Of a stretch of DNA of 64,000 nt, positions 53,394-64,000 are shown piece after piece. The number at the start of each line of letters is the position of its first letter. Positions within the stretch are counted from its first letter, which is position 1. The position numbers and the translations under genes were made by a program. Below the pieces are notes generated by a model. It was not told where the DNA came from, did no database searches, and was given only the letters and a program-made list of their open reading frames with translations. The stretch is from contig NC_057753.1 in NCBI RefSeq assembly GCF_004010195.1, positions 2,005,243-2,069,242 of the forward strand. Direction: 5' to 3'. This stretch comes from Chiloscyllium plagiosum. Lineage: Eukaryota.

Positions 53394-55084
53394 ATATAAG
53401 TTTGCTCGCTGAGCGGCAAGGTTCGTTTTCAGATGTTTCATCGCCATACTAGGGAACATCATCAGTGAGTCTCTGATAAAGCAATGGTGTTAGTGACCCG
53501 TTTTCGATTGATGTGTTTAGGTTTCCTTGGTTGGGATGTAATTTCCTATGGTCGACTGGGACAACACATCCGTCCTAGGACAAACTAAACAGAGACATGC
53601 ATGAAAATTTCGAGAAGCATGGCATTCCAACTGGAACTCCACCCACAAGCACATCGACTTTTACCACGTTGTGAGGAAAAGAATAGGAAATGACATCACC
53701 ACAGGAAACAAGGTTGATTTGGTGTATATGGATTTCAGCAAAGCGTTCGATAAGGTTCTCCACAGTAGGCTATTGTACAAAATACGGAGGAATGGGATTG
53801 TGGGAGATATAGCAGTTTGGATCAGTAATTGGCTTGCTGAAAGAAGACAGAGGGTGTTGATTGACGGGAAATGTTCATCCTGGCGTCCAGTTACTAGTGG
53901 AGTACCGCAAGGGTCGGTGTTGTGTCCACTGCTGTTCGTCATTTTTATAAATGGCTTCGATGAGGGTGTAGAAGGGTGGGTTAGTAAATTTGCAGACGAC
54001 ACTAAGGTAGGTGGAGTTGTAGACAGTGACGTTGGATGTTGTAGGTTACAGAGAGACATAGATAAGCTGCAGAGCTGGGCAGAGATGTGGCAAATGGAAT
54101 TTAATGTGGATAAGTGTGAGGTGATTCACTTTGGTTGGAGAAACCGGAATGCAAAGTATTGGGCTAATGGTAAGACTCTTGATAGTATAGATGAGCAGAG
54201 AGATCTCGGTGCCCAGATACACAGATCCTTAAAAGTTGCCACGCAGGTTAACAGGGTTGTTAAGAAGGCACACAGTGTTTTAGCTTTTATTAATAGAGGG
54301 ATTGAGTTCCGGAAACATGAGGTTATGCTTCATCTCTCCGAAACTCTGGTGCGGCCGCACTTGGAGTATTGTGTACCGTTCTGGTCACCACATTATAAGA
54401 AGGATATGGAAGCTTTGGAAAGGGTGCAGAGGAGATTTACTGGATGTTGCCTGGTATGGAGGGGAGGTGTTACGAGGAAAGGCTGAGGGACTTGAGGCCG
54501 TTTTCGTTGGAGAGATGAAGGTTGAGAGGTGACTTAATAGAGACATGTAAGATAATCAGAGGGGTAGATAGTGTGGAAAGGGAGAGCCTTTTTCCAAGTA
54601 TGGTGACAGCTAACACAAGAGGGCATAGCCTTAAATTGAGGGGTGATAGATATAGGACAGATGTTAGAGGTAGTTTCTTTACTCAGAAAGTAGTAAGGGT
54701 ATGGAATGCTTTGCCTGCAACGGTAGTAGATTCGCCAACTTTAAGTGCATTTAAGTCGTCATTGGACAAGAATATGGATATACATGGAATAGTGTAGGTT
54801 AGATGGACTTCATATTGGTATGACTGGTCGGCGCAACATTGAGGGCCGAAGGGCCTGTACTGTCCTGTAATGTTCTATGTTCTATGAAACAACATCATAA
54901 CAGGAAATGACAGCACCAACCTAAGGAAACCAAGCACATAAATAGAGAGCATGTCACTAACACCAATGTTTCACCGAATGGCTCACTGATGACGTTGCAT
55001 GATGAAACGTCTGAAAATGAAACTTCCAGTTCAGCGGACAAAACATACAACCAGACCACAACCTGAGCTACAAATCTCAAAATC
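53394..55084. mobile_element. Penelope-like insertion with inverted terminal repeat, split by a younger CR1
   Basis: Minus-strand repeat at 53394-53545. Plus-strand GIY-YIG C-terminus DWDNTSVLGQTKQRHA*KFREAWHS at 53553-53704. Plus-strand repeat at 54893-55084. Confidence 0.85.
53712..54885 (+). mobile_element. Younger CR1 LINE RT/3' fragment
   Basis: VDLVYMDFSKAFDKV..GVPQGSVLCP..KFADDTKVGG..RPHLEYC. TSD gaaacaa at 53705-53711 and 54886-54892. Confidence 0.95.
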
Positions 55085-55964
55085 GACTGCTTTTCTGGCT
55101 GGAGGACTGTGACCAGTGGAATGCCACATATATCGGTGCTGTGTCCACTATTTACCGTCATGTATATAACTTATTTGGAAGGGAACATAGGAGGTATATT
55201 TACTAAGTGTACAGATGATACCATAATTGGAGGTGTCGTGGACAGCGAAGAAGGTTACATTGGCTTCCAATGGGATCTTGATCAAATCTACCAATTGGCT
55301 GAGGAGTGGCCGGTGAAGGTTAATTTAGGTAAGCAAAGGTGCTGACTTTTTGAAAAGTCTTACAAGGACTTATACACTTAATAGTAAGGTCCTAGGGAGT
55401 GTATCTGAACAAACAGACCATGGAGTGCAGGTTCATAAATCCTTGAAAGTAGAGTCAGAGGTAGATATGGTCGTGAGAAGGCGTTTGATATGCCTTATTT
55501 TGTTCGTCAGACCATTGAGTATAACAGTTCGGAGGTAATGTTGTGACTGTAAGGACATTGTTCAGACCGTTTTTGGAATGTTGCATGCTGTTCTGGTCTC
55601 CTTCCTGTTGGAAGGATGTTATGAAACTTTAAAGGATTCAGAAAATATTTACAAGCATGTTGCCAGGGTTGGAGGATTTGCGTGATAGGGAGAGGCTGAA
55701 TAGGCTGTTGCTGATGTCCCTGGAGTGTTGAAGGGAGGGGAATCCTTATAGATGTTTATAAAATCATGAGGGATATGAATGCAATAAATAGGCAAAGTAT
55801 TTTCGCTGGGGGGTGGAGTCCAGAACCAAAAGGCATAAGTTTTTATTGAGAGGGGAAAGATATAAAAGGGACCTAAAGAACAATGTTTTCATGCAGAGGT
55901 GGTGTGTGGTGGTGTGAGTAGCCAGGGAAAATAATAGAGGCTGGTACAATTGCAGCCTTTAAAA

Positions 55965-56085
55965 GGCGAGAGTGCATTGCTGGAAATGCACAGCCTCTCA
56001 GGCAACATCCGAGGAGCAGGAGAATCGATGTTTCGGATATAAGCTCGACTCTTATCACCAGCATCTACAGTCCTCACTTCCTCCT
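55965..56085. mobile_element. Small inverted Penelope-like repeat insertion
   Basis: Minus-oriented repeat part joined to the plus-oriented tail ccagcatctacagtcctcacttcctcct. TSD agcctttaaaa at 55954-55964 and 56086-56096. Confidence 0.8.
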
Positions 56086-57200
56086 AGCCTTTAAAAATAT
56101 CTGGATAGGTATATGAATAGCAAGGTTTTAGCGGGTTCTGGGCCAAGTGCTGGCAATTGGGACTCGATTGGATTTGGTTCCATGTTCGTTATGCATGAGT
56201 TGCACCAAAGTGTCTGTTTCTTTGCTATACATCAATATGACTCTATGACTGTCCCAACAGCTGTGGGGACACTTTTTTCACACAGAGGGCGGTGCGTGTA
56301 AAGAATGAACTGGCAGAGGATGTGGTGAAGTCTGTTACAATTGCAGCATTTAAATGGCATCTGGATAGGTATATGAATTGGAAGGGTTTGAAGGAATCTG
56401 CCCCAAGTGCTGGAAAATGGGACTAAATTGGGTTTTGATATCTGGTCAGTATGGACAAGTTTGACCGAAGGGACTGTTTCCATTCTGTACATCTATATGA
56501 CTCTATGACCCCAAGATTCTCCCAATAGCTCAAAACCTCCAACTCTGTTAATATCCTTGTAAATCTTTTCTGAACACTTTCAAATGTAACAACATTTTTC
56601 CTCTAGCAAGGGGACCAGAACGGGGCACAGTATTACTGAAGTGACCTAACCAATCTTGTTGAATGGCTAATCAGACTCAAAGAGTTGAATAGCACATTCC
56701 AAATACAAATTCTTATGTTCATGAGCATCACCACATTGGAGCTATCTACTCGAGTGTAAGGAGAAAAACTCGATCTTTCATTGAAAGGTTAGACATTGGA
56801 CTGAATTAAGTGAGGCTTTCGCTGAATGCATAGGAAGGCCTTATAGGGAGCTCAGGGCCAGCAAGACTTCCAGAGAATAAGCAGGGAAAGCGATTGAGTT
56901 CGACTTAGTTCAGAGAGAGAGACGTAAGTGAGGAATGAAGTCCTGGAAACTGAATAAACTGGAGACGATTGGGGAAGATGTGGTAACACAGGTTTAAACG
57001 GTAGACTGCAAATAAATCTTCCCTGGAACTGTATTTGCAACTCCAGCATTTGTTGTCTCTGGGCTCACTGCACGTTCTTAGTTACTAACTCTACTCCACA
57101 AGGATCAGAGTACATGCCCAACTCTCTTGGTTACTGATCTATACCTTGTTGTCCTCATCATAATTTATACACACGGACGCGCACGCACACACACCCACAT

Positions 57201-57501
57201 CCACAGTGGTTAGCACTGCTGCCTCACAGCGCCTGAGACCCGGGTTCAATTCCCGCCTCAGGCGACTGACTGTGTGGAGTTTGGACGTTCTCCCCGTGTC
57301 TACATGGGTTTCCTCCGGGTGCTCCGGTTTCCTCCCACATTCCAAAGATGTGCAGGTCAGGTGAATTGGCCATGCTAAATTGCCCGTAGTGTTAGGTAAG
57401 GGCAAAATGTAGGGGTATGGGTGGGTTGCGCTTCGGCGGGTCGGTGTGGACTTGTTGGGCTGAAGGACCTGTTTCCATACTGTAATGTAATCTAATCTAA
57501 T
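57201..57501 (+). mobile_element. V-SINE (HE1-like), slightly 5'-truncated
   Basis: Nearly identical to 48984-49298. Confidence 0.93.
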
Positions 57502-59249
57502 CCAACCTTCTGGAAATATTGAAAAGTTTCCTTGTTCACTAGGTTTAAGTTGTTAATAACTTTCAGGACTAAATGACAAACTCCTGTGGATTTTCCAGTC
57601 CAAAACATAACTGCAATTAATGACAACTAATTGATGTCAATCAGATACTTTTATATCAATATTGCTACTGTGACTTTTATTTCATCAACTCCAGCGTTTT
57701 TCTCACCTCGGCGTTTGGGCATAATTTATTAAATAATTTTCTCCTTATTCATCACAATAATTATATTACCGTCATCAACATTCTGGTACCTCAGCAAGAA
57801 AAAAAATGATACGGGATATCTTGGTGAAGATTTTCAAGCAATAACATTATTTGTCCTAGTGGCTATTAACTGCTTACCAAATTATTATTTCTAAAATGCT
57901 GTATGCTACCGGGTTAATCTCAGCACCCCCTGGTGCTGCTGTTAAAATTTCATTGTTGGCTAGCGAAGATTTAATATTATTTTTCGGGAACTGTGACGAA
58001 ATTGTGTGAAGTGATTAAGTTTCAAATACAATAAAATGTCAATCGATAAAGAACTGCATAACTTATGACATTTCTCAAGATATAAGTGACCAATCACAAA
58101 TGAAGGTCGACAGTGAATTACAATTGACGATCAGTCAGCCTGTTGATTTTGCAGAAAAGAAAAATACTGTTGATGTTTAAAATTTAAAATGACAGCAGGA
58201 AATGCTGCACACGCTCAATGTCGTCCTGAATTCAATGGAGACAAAATTGGTTTACGTTTCAGGTCTGTGAACAAGTCACAAGCGGCAGGGAGTGGAGGTT
58301 GGGCGGAGATTGGAAGACTGGTAGTGTAGATGACAGTTGTCACATTGTGAAAGCAATGGGAACAATCAGACACAATAGGTGTACCTGCATGAGGTGTGAA
58401 CAGATACCTTCAATGCGAAGTAAACCATAGAACAACGAGAAAAGAAAACCAAATTACAGAAACACCTATTATAATGGGAAAGAAATCAAATCACACAGTT
58501 CTTGATTGTCAACTCCTCCAGGCTGAAAATTGCCTCCTGTTACTCACTATTGCAAGTGAAACGTCATATACCTGCTAACTTTATTTATTCTCTTTCCAGG
58601 AGGACAACTCAGCTCGAAAGGTCACTTGCACTCCCCTCCCCTCCCTGGAAGCATATCGATGCACATTGGACTCTCACACCTACAGTCAGCGCGGGCAAAG
58701 TGTCAGGAAGCAGCTGGCTTTTAGATTATCTGTTTCTATTAATCCATGACTAGATGACAGAAAAAATCAGTGTATCATGTGGCTTAGAATTTCTGGCATT
58801 CACATATACCTGCAATAATTGTTCTTCTACATGTTGAAGGTATGTACTTGGGAACACTGTTTAACTTTGCTCCAGCTCTAGGCACATTAATTCCCTCAAC
58901 CTTGCCTTTCTCGTTTACCTATCTCCATCTGTTATTTGTAAGTGCTCACTGGTTCCCTTCTGTGAAGGACAGCAATGAAATATTTTATTATATAATGACA
59001 ATCCATCAGCTTTTAACGTCAATTTGTTCCTATCGTGCTAACTCCACGCATTACCAAATTCATTTCCATGGTCAAGAAACTAGTTTGCATTTAAGTGGAT
59101 TCCATGTCACTGAGTTTTACTTTCTTTTGTTATATATTAGGTTAACAGGAAATTCGAGAGGATGAATTTCAGTCAGGTAAACTGGATGTGAAAGTTATGT
59201 CACAAAGAATTATTTTAGAAACTCTCTTTTTCTTTGTGAAAATGTTAGA

Positions 59250-61053
59250 ATGGATGTAAGGAAGTCAGCAAATATGAGACTACTGATCAAGGAAGGAAGT
59301 AGACAAAAGGAGAACAAATGTAATCCTGTTAGCTTAACCTTTGTAGTGGGTGAAAATTATTGAATCTATAATCAAAAATAAACAGCGAGACATCTGGATA
59401 GAAATTGTCCCACCGACCCGACGCAACATGGCTTCATGAAAGTTAGGCCATGTTTAACTGATTTATTGGACGTCTTCGAGGACTTGGTGAGCATGGTAGG
59501 CAGTAAGGAACCGGTGGATATGGTGTATTCGGATGTCCTGAAGCTATTTGACAAGATACTACAGAAAATGCTTCTGCGTAAAATGAAGGTGAATGGTGTT
59601 ACGGGTAATGTGTCAGCAGGGATAGAACATTGTTGAATCAACAGAAGGTAAGAGTGGGGATGAACATGTCTTTTCCTGCTTGGTGATCAATGGGCAGTCG
59701 TGTTCCTCAAGAATCAGTGTTGAGACTGCAATTGTTTACTAGTTATATTAATCATTTAGAGTTTGTGAAAAAATTGCAGTGTGTTCGGTCGTACTAAAAT
59801 GAGTGGTAGATCAAAATATGCAGAGGACACCGTCATCCTGCAGGGGGATATAATGAGTGCACAAAGGCCTGGCAGATGGAGCACAATTTTATTAAATATG
59901 AGGTCAAACAGTTTGGTAGGAATAACTGAAAAATGCCCTATTATTTAAAGGGGGACAAATTGCAGCATGCTGCTATGCAGGGTCTATGGGTATGCTTGTG
60001 CACGAACCATTTTTGAAAAAAATGGTTTACCCGTGCATCTTTTATTGAAGAAGGCAAACTGAATAAGATCCTTAATTGCTGGAGGAATGGAGTTTAAAAA
60101 TGGGGAGACTATGCTGCAGCTGTTGGGGCCAATCGTAGAGCACTGTGTACACTTTGGTCTGCTTGCCTGTGAAAGTATGTGTGGCACTGAAGGGCATACA
60201 GAGAAGGTTCACTAGTTTGATTATGGAATTAAGTACATAACATGAGAAATAAGAGCAAGAGTAGGATGCCCGTCCCTTCCAGCCTGTTCCGTCAATCAAT
60301 AAGATCATGACTGATGTTTTCATGGATGCAGATTCACTTACCCGCACTATCATCATAACGCATAATTCATATATTGTTAAAAAAACATCGAACTTAGCTT
60401 GGAAAAATATTTACTGAAGTAGCGTCAACTACTTCACTGAACAAGGAATTCCATAGATTAACAACCCTCTGGGTGAAGAGGTTTCTTCCCATGTCAGTCC
60501 TAATTCTGCTCCTACTAATCTTGAGGCTACGTCCTCTTGTCCACGCGTCACCTGCCAGTGGAAACATCCTCTCTACTTGTATCTATTGTCTATTCCCTTC
60601 ATAATTTTCGATAAGATTCCTACTCATTCTTCTGAAGAAGGCTGCCTTAGGAAGCGAATTGAGTTCAATGGGACTGTAATTTAGAAGGAGGGGATCTCAC
60701 AAACAAAGACATAAAATTATGAATAGAAGAGATAAGATAGAAGCTCGGACGCTGTTTCCACTGACAAGTGAAACTAGAACTAGAAGGCTTAGCCTCGTTC
60801 GCCCAAAAGGTTGTGAACCTAGCAATTGCTGCTCAAAGAAGCATTTGACCCTATCTCGTTGAATGTTGTTAAGGCAAAGATAGAAAGATTTTTCAACAAT
60901 AAAATAATTAAGGGGTACAGTGAGCTGAAGCGTACGTTTGACTGAGTCTACGATCTGACTGGCCAAGATCTTATTGAATGGCAGAGCACAATGAGTGAGC
61001 CAGATTGCCCACTCCTGTTCCTGGTTCTTATTTTATTTTGTTCTTATGTTCTT
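59250..61053 (+). mobile_element. Old CR1 RT/3' fragment, with an inverted CR1 3' end nested at ~60235-60632
   Basis: QHGFMKVRPCLTDLL..VDMVYSD..LFDK and a (ttcttat)n tail. Host sequence resumes at agggagcagcg, compare aggaagcagcg at 14281. Confidence 0.85.
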
Positions 61054-61499
61054 CAGGGAGCAGCGCAGATCAAGCCTGGTTAACATAAAAGATGAATTGA
61101 GGGATAACAGAAACGACTTGCAAGTAATTTGATGTCACTTAGAACTTCGGGAATCGTCATAATATCCTATTTTATACAGCTCTCATATCCCAGAACATGA
61201 AAAGGTTTGATGTGAAATTATGTATAACATAATTGGCGAGACCAGACATACCTTTGTTTCAGCACATTTCCCTTCTTAAATCACTTCTTGTTCTTTTAAT
61301 TGCATATGTCTGTTTTAAAAAGTACTGGAGTATCTCCGCAGACTGCTCATTACAATACAAAATACAAAGTAAGAGATTTCAAGAACACAGTCAAAGCAAT
61401 ATGACATGCATAAACAAAAATAAAAATAAAGCAACGGATAGAATATATACTGAAGTCAAAATGCATTTTACAGTTATTTGTGTCATTTTACTGTGATCA

Positions 61500-62407
61500 T
61501 TATTTAAGCCACTGCACAACTAGTGTCAGGGGAAATCTAGCCAATTTTTTTAACTGCTCTCTGAATTTACCTTGGGTGCCTGCATAAATAAATGGGTTGA
61601 TGCAGGAACTCAAAAGCTGAAGCATAAACCCGCCTTCTTCAAGAATAAAATTTGATTCCTTGTAATTTGAACCTGAGAAATAACTCACATTTGCAAATTG
61701 AACATAGAGGAAAGTCAGTAGAACCAACAAATACGACAGGAGGAAACTGCCCGAGATAGCAAAGAGCAAAACGATTGATTTCTTCCGTTTTTCCATCTCT
61801 GGGTCACTCTGATTCTCTCTATTGCTCGAAGAAATGAGCCGCCTGCGGGCACGAGTGGCCAACAAAATGTGCCTGACGGTAAACGCATTGAGCAGCAAAA
61901 TAAGAAGGAATGGAAGGCAAGGGTTTAAAATTACGATTATCCAGTCAAATGCAATCCACGAGGGTGAGGCATAATATATTGATTTGAGGCTGCAATACCA
62001 AGGTATGTTGTTGATGATAAAAGAAGGTTCAAAAATAAAGTACAAGGGGATGTTTCTGAGACAGCTTAGAATGCAGGCTGTTGATATAATCATAGTTGCA
62101 ACTTTCTCAGTGCAATATTTCATTTTCAGCTTCTGGCAACAAATGGCAATGTATCGATCCAATGTGAAAGCGACAGTTACCCAAACAGAAGCATCTCTGA
62201 CTCCATAAATTAACATAAGACTGGCACTGCAGACTGAGGTGATAGCCAGGAACGTCATTGGGAAATAAATTCCCACAATTCGGTTTAATATCACAGCTGT
62301 GATAATGACCAGGATATCCGTGACCGCCATGGATACCAGGTAATATGTGATACACTTGGAAAGACCGCACCTCTCTCGTGACAGGATGACAATCACTGAA
62401 AGATTAG
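61500..62407 (-). CDS. GPR139-like class A GPCR, gene 3, coding exon 2 (close paralog of gene 1)
   Basis: Acceptor ctcctttttcctag|CT AAT (A-N-L-S). Motifs MAVTDIL, SVWVTVAFTLDRY, PWYC, PCLPF and NPFIY. Stops at TAA TGA. Confidence 0.93.
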
Positions 62408-63963
62408 CTAGGAAAAAGGAGACATGATGAGTGAATACATGATGAGAGCAAATAAAGAAGTAACCAAAGAAAGACTGAAAGAGACGTCTGAGCATCCTCA
62501 ACTTTCTGGAAGCAATTGCAAAGTGAGAAAAGAGTGTACATTTTGCACTAAATTATTTCTATTAAACAACATAAAAAAGGTCTCTAGTTGTCAGCATAAC
62601 CAGACAATTATGTAATAGTGGATAAAGGGATAAATTCTGGTTTCCAAATTCTTTCTTTATGACTCAGTTGCAGGAAATTCATTCTGTGGTGCTTTGTGAC
62701 AATTTCAAGCGAGGAACAAAAGCGAAAGTAGTCTGAAAGATTGATAAGTTGAAGAAGCAGCAAATTATATCGACCAAGCAAATGATCAAAAATAAGTGGA
62801 TGATGTAGAGTATAAGAAATTTTGACGATTTTCACATTTAGGTAGATGTCCAGGAAGAGATAATTTAAAAACAAAATGCATTTGTCCTCTGAAAGAAATG
62901 AAGCCTGGAATTGCATCTGATAATGATCTTAAACTAAAGCAACATTGTTTTGTGACAGAGAATAAAGTAACATAATAGCTGAAGTCCAAGTTAAGCTCTG
63001 TTGACAATGCTCTCAGTTTTGATTCCATCGATATTGGCTTCAAATCTTACTGCAAGACGTCAGTACTGACTTTGTATTGCATTGCCCAGGCTGTTGCATT
63101 CGTGCTAAAACAATAAACGGAAGATGTGAGGAATAAGACGCGAATGCAAAGACTGACTGAGCTATCAAGACGCTGCGGTTAATAGTCCATCACAAACAGC
63201 GAATAGTGTTCCATCCTCTGTCAATAGCTGTGCAGATAAAAAGTAAGTGATGCATTTGCAACGTGACAATTGTTTGACAATTGGAGGTCTCAAAACACAA
63301 TCAACGTGTAATTAAATATTCATTTTCGTGAGATGATGCACTTCCAATAATAGCGCTAAGAACACAACAGAACAGCATTTCTGACTTCTGATATCAATAA
63401 ACTAGTAGAAAAGAGGAAGAATATATTGCTCGAGGATGAACAGTGCACTAACAATATAAACAACTATTCAATTGAAAAGGAGAAATTACAGTGTTAAAGT
63501 GGAAAAAACTACATTAATTGAAAACACCTTGTTCGTAAAAATGGAACGTCATTGCCCTAAAACGGTAAGTGAAACATTCTAATCCAATGAAAGTAAAATT
63601 TTCACAATCTTGCTGAATCATAGCGTTGCACTCTCGTTAGACATAGATGACTACTGGTGGTTACTGTGCCGCAGGCGAGATGAAATCTCGAAAAAGACAG
63701 TCCTTCGTGGTAACCTCAAACAGTGCGGGAATAGAAACTAAAACCTGCTATCCAGGCGACTGAGCTAACTGACTCCTTCAAAATTACAAAGCCCAAATAG
63801 ACAATCTCGTTGAATCTGGCCATGTTGACCGACAGATTACCAAAATGATTCTGAATACATCAGGACCGCATTATTGAAAACTGAGAGACAGGGTAAACTG
63901 AAATGCGAAAATTCAAGAAGTTATTGCAATCATGACTGTTTAATAAAAAACAGTATCCTTTAC

Positions 63964-64000
63964 CCGGAACCCCAATAGCTGCTAGGATTGGATAGTAAAT
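63964..64000 (-). CDS. GPR139-like gene 3, coding exon 1, partial (..IYYPILAAIGVP); start codon beyond the window
   Basis: Donor CCG G|gtaaaggata. Homologous to 17081-17117, and the adjacent intron matches the gene 1 intron. Confidence 0.88.

Larger units (their letters stand above)
51357..56510 (+). mobile_element. Long decayed CR1 LINE (end of ORF1 esterase, APE endonuclease, RT), interrupted by nested inserts
   Basis: LHLN..TNIL (ORF1 SGNH end), ITETWLSDGQDWQVNVPGY..RKDR..RGGGVA (APE), VPEDWR, QHGF, VYVDFS and TSGMPHISVLCP..CTDDTIIGG. The 3' end is duplicated at ~56270-56510. Confidence 0.88.
56511..61499. repeat. GPCR 3'-flank module copy C (downstream of gene 3), with SINE and CR1 inserts
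   Basis: Colinear with copies A and B. Confidence 0.85.

Noticed and set aside
53671..54486. 271-aa RT ORF as a domesticated gene
   Set aside because: A 5'-truncated CR1 with a TSD and a downstream frameshift; the apparent start comes from the adjacent Penelope-like sequence.
1..64000. CRISPR arrays, rRNA, prokaryote-type operons
   Set aside because: No repeat-spacer arrays or rRNA-like sequence seen; the content is typical vertebrate intergenic and intronic DNA.

Overview
Vertebrate genomic DNA, most likely a shark. The inference rests on V-SINE/HE1-type SINEs, CR1/HER1-type LINEs and Penelope-like repeats. There is a 500-N scaffold gap at 12003-12502. The only host genes I can support are three minus-strand, two-coding-exon class A GPCRs of the GPR139/GPR142-like type. 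The ORF track shows only their large exons and gives them false intronic starts. I found the real first coding exons at 17081-17150 (70 nt), 43725-43794 (70 nt) and 63964->64000 (runs off the window). Each joins through a phase-1 GT-AG intron inside TM1. The genes sit in duplicated flank modules, and two extra modules have no gene attached, which suggests a birth-and-death tandem array. The rest is decayed or nested retroelements. These include Gypsy LTR elements (one with the atypical PR-IN-RT, Gmr1-like order), many CR1 fragments, V-SINEs, and Penelope-like elements whose terminal repeats carry minimal hammerhead-ribozyme-like motifs and fold-back ends. All alignments were made by eye, so repeat boundaries are approximate unless a TSD or splice site is quoted.
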